Below are positions 59,780 to 64,000 of a stretch of 64,000 nucleotides of DNA, one piece after another; the first letter of the stretch is position 1; the number at the start of each line of letters is the position of its first letter. The notes below the pieces were generated by a model that was not told the origin of the DNA, ran no database searches, and saw nothing but the letters and a program-made list of their open reading frames with translations. The position numbers and the translations under genes were made by a program. The stretch is taken from the NCBI GenBank assembly GCA_014376355.1, contig JACMRQ010000441.1:15875-79874 (forward strand), in the 5' to 3' direction. This DNA is from Arcicella sp. GTDB taxonomy: Bacteria > Bacteroidota > Bacteroidia > Cytophagales > Spirosomataceae.

Positions 59780-60600
59780 GCGGTCTCCCTCCTTATTCGC
59801 CTTTGTTCCGCCACGCTGCTCCAGTCAGTCGTTCCTCCTTCCATTGCGTAATCCACTCAAAAAAGCAAATACAAAAAGCTTGAAAATAAAGCACTTTGCA
59901 TTTGCCTTTTTTCGTCGTGCGCTTCACACGGCTCATTGCGTCGCTCGTCGCAGCTTTGCATCCACAACACCGCATCACTGCGCAAGCTACGTCATGCCGT
60001 GTTTATGTCTGCCGCCGCTGGTTAATCGGGCGGTTGCCACCTCGCCCCGCCGTCAGAGTTGGCTCCACTGCGCTATGCCCTAAATCAAGGAAAGCCCGCA
60101 AAAGCGGGCAGCAGTATATTTTTTCACTGCCGTTACACGCTCGCAGTCCTGCTCTCCACTGCGCAGGCTTCGCTACATTCCCGTCCTGCGGCGGCGGTTC
60201 AATTGCCGCAACACCGCCACGTCGCTCCTCACAAAAAGAAAATTCCGCAAGCTACTTTTTCTTTTTGCTGCGGTGCTTGGGGGTGTTTGATTGCCCCACA
60301 ACATTCGATGACACCAAACGAAAACCAACCCACCAAAAAAAAAATAAAAGAAAAGGAAGGTAAGCTGCGGTTTCATAACGAGTGTTTCGAGCCCTTCGGG
60401 TTTTAAAAAAAATCTCCACCCTTAAAGTCCTCCCCAGTCGCCCGTCGAAGGGTCGGGTAGTATTTTTTCTAAAAAAACCGCCCTTATATGAAAGCCTCCG
60501 CTTTAATGACAACTTTCTTTTTTTTCTTTTTTCTTTTAAAAAAATTTTAGTGTGCAGCCCTGCGGAGCGGGGCGTACCCTATCAGATTACAAACCAATTT
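59780..60600. other. GC-rich non-coding tract
   Basis: Abrupt GC rise, repeated ctccactgcgc, only implausible overlapping ORFs. Confidence 0.55.
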
Positions 60601-60612
60601 AAATTCAAAGCC

Positions 60613-61032
60613 ATGCCAAACTACAGAATCAAAACCCGAAAAATAGACACCATCTACCCAGGAGCCAAAATCTACATTCTCAACAAAGGGCTAAACAGCG
60701 GAAAACCTTAAAAAGACCCCTTTACAAATAGCTTTGTTATACTATTTCCAAGCCAAGAAGAGGCCGAAACAGTTTATTGGCTGGCCTACAGCCTTTGGAA
60801 ATCAAAATACTGGCATCAACATCTTATTGGATCCGTCATTCCTTTTATACGACTGCGCGATTTCCAAAAAGAATTTGATGTCAAAGTAGGAGAAATGCTA
60901 GCCGATTTCCAACTGCATCAAAAACAAGTAAAAGCACTAAGGTTGTTAGAAGAAAAAGAAGCACAATTTCATCAAAATTTGGCTCTTATTAATGACATGA
61001 GAAGAGTCATTTTGCATCGGTATTGCAAGTAA
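60613..61032 (+). pseudogene. DUF6943-like mobile-element protein with an in-frame stop
   Basis: MPNYRIKT...LNKGLNSGKP*KDPFTNSF...LIGSVIPFI...HRYCK*; TAA at 60709-60711, same frame continues. Confidence 0.7.
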
Positions 61033-61435
61033 TAAAATCATTTTTTTTCTAAATTCGCAGGTACACATACAAAAACAGTTGGCAGCAATGCGGGCAAATG
61101 CCTAGTAAAAATTACACGTCTAAAAGTAAAATTTATAAAATAATTCTTACTAGCGTAATTTAAAAAGGAATAAATCAAACAGCTCTTTTAGCAATTAATT
61201 CTATAAATTTTGAAACCAATACGTTTTCAGCGATCTTAATACATAGCACACCATTTTCGACTAAATATTGATTATTTTGCTGGATGTAGTAATGTGTTAC
61301 CCACAAGTTTTTGAAATGCATCAACCTATAAGATGACACAAATAGAAGCATTACAATCAATAATTTAATATTAAAATAATTTAACATATTAATTAAAAAA
61401 TATATCTTTAAAACTCTAAACAAAACAAAACAATT

Positions 61436-62560
61436 ATGAAAAATCTAATTATTATTTGCTCACTTATTATGTTATTTCCAATCTTTGGTTGGTCGCAAAG
61501 TCAAAACGCAAACGACGCCAATAAAAATCTTGAATTTGCGCGGAAAGAAAAGGTTGTCGCAAATTTGAAAAACTTGTATGATGATAAGCTAATATATTTG
61601 ACCGATATAAAAAAATTTAACTTACCAGAAAATCTAATACTAACAACAGCAACATCAAATTTTACTGAAACCGAATTAATCACAGAATTTCAAATATTAT
61701 TTAACCCTGAAAATTTTAAATGTGGTTATGATGAAAAATTAAAAAAGAAGCTGAAAAAATTAAAAAATGATTCCGGTCAAGAAGGATTTGTGCCAAGTAT
61801 TATAACGCAGAAGATTGAAAATCAAAAAGTTTATAAATTAAGTAATCAAGGTAGCAACATTTTAGTTAATAGTTTTAAATATGGAGTAAAGGGAAAATCG
61901 TCTGATTTAATATATGCTAGTTATTCGCCTACATCATTAAACTTTAATGAAGAAGACTATTTAGAAAAAGCTCCTAAAGGCTACAGTAATTTTTTCTATA
62001 GTTTGGATTGTTCTGGGTACTTATCTACTGCTCTTGCTGCATCTGGCGGAATTGATAGCGCATCTTTGAAAACAGCAGCATCAAGTTCGTCAAATTCAAA
62101 TAATTCTTTAATAGTTATAGCAGGAGTGATTAATTCACCTCTTTATCAAGCTTATCAAGCCCGAGGAGTATTTGCTAGTTCAAGCAAAGAATCATTGTCC
62201 TTACGAAAGGAAGTTTTGGTGCAAATAATTTCTTCAATACCAAATACCGATAGATTAGACGATACTTTAATCTTTTTAGATAGTAATTTTAAAGTTGTGT
62301 TAACATCAAATTCTGGCAAATCAAGCTTTAATGGAGAGGCTTCATTGAGTGCTAATGGCAATTTTGGTTTTGGATTTGGAAATGTGTCAGCAAATGGTTC
62401 AGCTACGGGAAAAATAAATAGAAGTAGTGAATTTTCAGATTACAATACTTATCTATTAGAAAGAAACGTGAATCAAAAACCTGATAAAATAACTGTATTG
62501 GATATGAAAAATATTATTTCAACAATTGAGAAAGAAATAGTAAAGCTGAACAATCCATAA
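61436..62560 (+). CDS. Secreted hypothetical protein
   Basis: Sec signal (GWSQ); 374 aa; Ser/Gly/Asn-rich amphipathic strands. Confidence 0.75.
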   Translation: MKNLIIICSLIMLFPIFGWSQSQNANDANKNLEFARKEKVVANLKNLYDDKLIYLTDIKKFNLPENLILTTATSNFTETELITEFQILFNPENFKCGYDEKLKKKLKKLKNDSGQEGFVPSIITQKIENQKVYKLSNQGSNILVNSFKYGVKGKSSDLIYASYSPTSLNFNEEDYLEKAPKGYSNFFYSLDCSGYLSTALAASGGIDSASLKTAASSSSNSNNSLIVIAGVINSPLYQAYQARGVFASSSKESLSLRKEVLVQIISSIPNTDRLDDTLIFLDSNFKVVLTSNSGKSSFNGEASLSANGNFGFGFGNVSANGSATGKINRSSEFSDYNTYLLERNVNQKPDKITVLDMKNIISTIEKEIVKLNNP

Positions 62561-62650
62561 TAGAACGTAGGTGTTATAATAACAAACCTGCAGGTAACAG
62601 TCAATTAATAGAGTAGATAGAAACTAAACAATTCAAACAAATTACCCTAA

Positions 62651-63268
62651 ATGCAAAAAACTAATATATATAAAAGTTCTAAAACTTTGAGGTTCATAAC
62701 TATAATTTTCTCTGTATTTCAATTTTCATTTTCTTATAGTCAAGTTTATGATGGTCAAATTATAAGTAAATCAAACGATACAACAACCGTAAAAATATTG
62801 ATTAAAGGAGATATGATTTTTAAAAACAATAAAATACTTTCATTACAAAAAAAAGTTACCGTATTAACCAACACTACAGAAAAGGACTACTTCCCAAAAG
62901 ATTTAAAATCTTTTAAAATTCGAATGAATGATAAGGTCAAAGTTTACGACAATGTTAATGATCTAGAATTTGCTGAAAGAATGTACGCAAACAAACTAAA
63001 ACTATACTATAAACTAGTATGGCAAGAAACTAAAATAAGTCCATATTTTATAATTTTCAGAGTTTTTATGGTACTAAAACCAAACGGAGAAATTAAAAAT
63101 ATTATCCCGAATGGGTTAAGCAGATTGATAACGCAAGATGAAATGTTAGCTAAGTTTACAGATTGCAAAATATCTTTAGACAAAATAAAAAATGACGAAA
63201 TGAAAATTAGAAATGAAGAGAAATTAGTTGAATTTATTGCAGATTACGAGAAAAATTGTTTCGAATAA
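62651..63268 (+). CDS. Secreted hypothetical protein
   Basis: Signal ending SYSQ; DGQII...NDT start. Confidence 0.7.
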   Translation: MQKTNIYKSSKTLRFITIIFSVFQFSFSYSQVYDGQIISKSNDTTTVKILIKGDMIFKNNKILSLQKKVTVLTNTTEKDYFPKDLKSFKIRMNDKVKVYDNVNDLEFAERMYANKLKLYYKLVWQETKISPYFIIFRVFMVLKPNGEIKNIIPNGLSRLITQDEMLAKFTDCKISLDKIKNDEMKIRNEEKLVEFIADYEKNCFE

Positions 63269-63399
63269 TTCATTTGTTTTAGCACAAATATCTGATCCGA
63301 TAATAGCTGTCAAAAACCATCGCTAAGAATTCAAGAGAAACTGCGTTTCCCAAGCCGCAACTAAAGCCTAAACTCGAAAAGTTGACTTACAAAATAAAA

Positions 63400-63425
63400 A
63401 AAGCCTAGTTTCGCAACTAGGCTTT
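63400..63425. terminator. Terminator between convergent genes
   Basis: aaagcctagtt/aactaggcttt. Confidence 0.7.
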
Positions 63426-63462
63426 CCCATTCAACTCCAAAGTCACCACAACAAGAGTCAAA

Positions 63463-63639
63463 CTATTTTTTGTGCTTCTTTAGTACCAATTTAAGTACCC
63501 AAGATATTAGAAAACTGACAACGGCACCAACCGCTGCCAACACTACAGTTTTTAAAACATCCGCCGAATGAATATTCGGAACAATACTCAAAAAAGTACC
63601 GCCTGCAGTTCCCATCAATAGGGGGTTACTTGCCGACAT
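63463..63639 (-). CDS. Small holin-like membrane protein, 58 aa (not in the ORF track)
   Basis: MSASNPLLMGTAGGTFLSIVPNIHSADVLKTVVLAAVGAVVSFLISWVLKLVLKKHKK; overlaps the upstream gene. Confidence 0.65.
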   Translation of the reverse strand: MSASNPLLMGTAGGTFLSIVPNIHSADVLKTVVLAAVGAVVSFLISWVLKLVLKKHKK

Positions 63640-63850
63640 GAATTTCTGATTCAGTAGTGGTCAATTGGCTCACTGCAGACAATACACCGCCAGCCACCAC
63701 CAAATATCCACCAGCGGCACTAATCACAATGGGCAAGGCAACAGGCGCCGCCATAATGGTTCCGCCAACAGTCGCCAATACCAACCCAATATTTCGAAGC
63801 ACTTTAAAAAATTTCGGAGTGGGAGCTTTCGCTCGTTTTACGATATTCAT
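63626..63850 (-). CDS. Small 2-TM holin-like protein
   Basis: RAKAPTPKFFK followed by two Gly/Ala-rich TMs. Confidence 0.7.
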   Translation of the reverse strand: MNIVKRAKAPTPKFFKVLRNIGLVLATVGGTIMAAPVALPIVISAAGGYLVVAGGVLSAVSQLTTTESEIHVGK

Positions 63851-63887
63851 AATTAATTTTTTAGATGTTAAACACGCGGTAGCCTAA

Positions 63888-64000
63888 TTAGGATCTAGGA
63901 TAAGAATTACCCCCTATTAAAATTACATCTGGAGTAACTTCAATTACACTTCTTGGAGGTAGGCTACCACTACCTCCAATCGTCAAAAGCCTTGGTGGAA
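63888..64000 (-). CDS. Possible 3' end of a gene entering from the right edge
   Basis: Open frame ...PPRLLTIGGSGSLPPRSVIEVTPDVILIGGNSYPRS*. Confidence 0.35.
   Translation of the reverse strand, partial: PPRLLTIGGSGSLPPRSVIEVTPDVILIGGNSYPRS

Noticed and set aside
59793-60711. Overlapping ORFs in the GC-rich tract
   Set aside because: Atypical composition on both strands; explained by scarce stop codons.
1-64000. tRNA/rRNA genes, T6SS genes, phage capsid or terminase genes
   Set aside because: None recognised in the window.

Overview
AT-rich Bacteroidota DNA, Flavobacterium-like (TAnnTTTG promoters, a T9SS C-terminal domain). The whole window looks accessory. Left to right: (1) the end of a mobile-element ATPase module and an AVAST type 3 (Avs3a/Avs3b) defence pair. 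(2) A T2SS/type-IV-filament gene cluster (9.1-31.1 kb), interleaved with and followed by two pairs of signal-peptide-bearing YD-repeat and DUF6443/Rhs toxin genes plus immunity genes. (3) From 39.0 to 59.3 kb, three colinear 192-nt copies of the Rhs core 3' end. They bracket one nearly complete and one decayed integrative element (HUH Rep-like protein, serine recombinase, split primase/ATPase, paired tyrosine recombinases). Each element carries a toxin tip with immunity plus defence-type cargo (Lamassu, AAA+DUF4276, putative nucleases). (4) An IS3 remnant, a GC-rich non-coding tract, a pseudogene, two secreted proteins and holin-like genes. The main hypothesis is that these elements integrate into the conserved rhs core, swap the toxin tip and deposit anti-phage cargo, and that the Rhs proteins are exported by the surrounding T2SS-like machine. 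All family calls come from motif recognition, not database searches.
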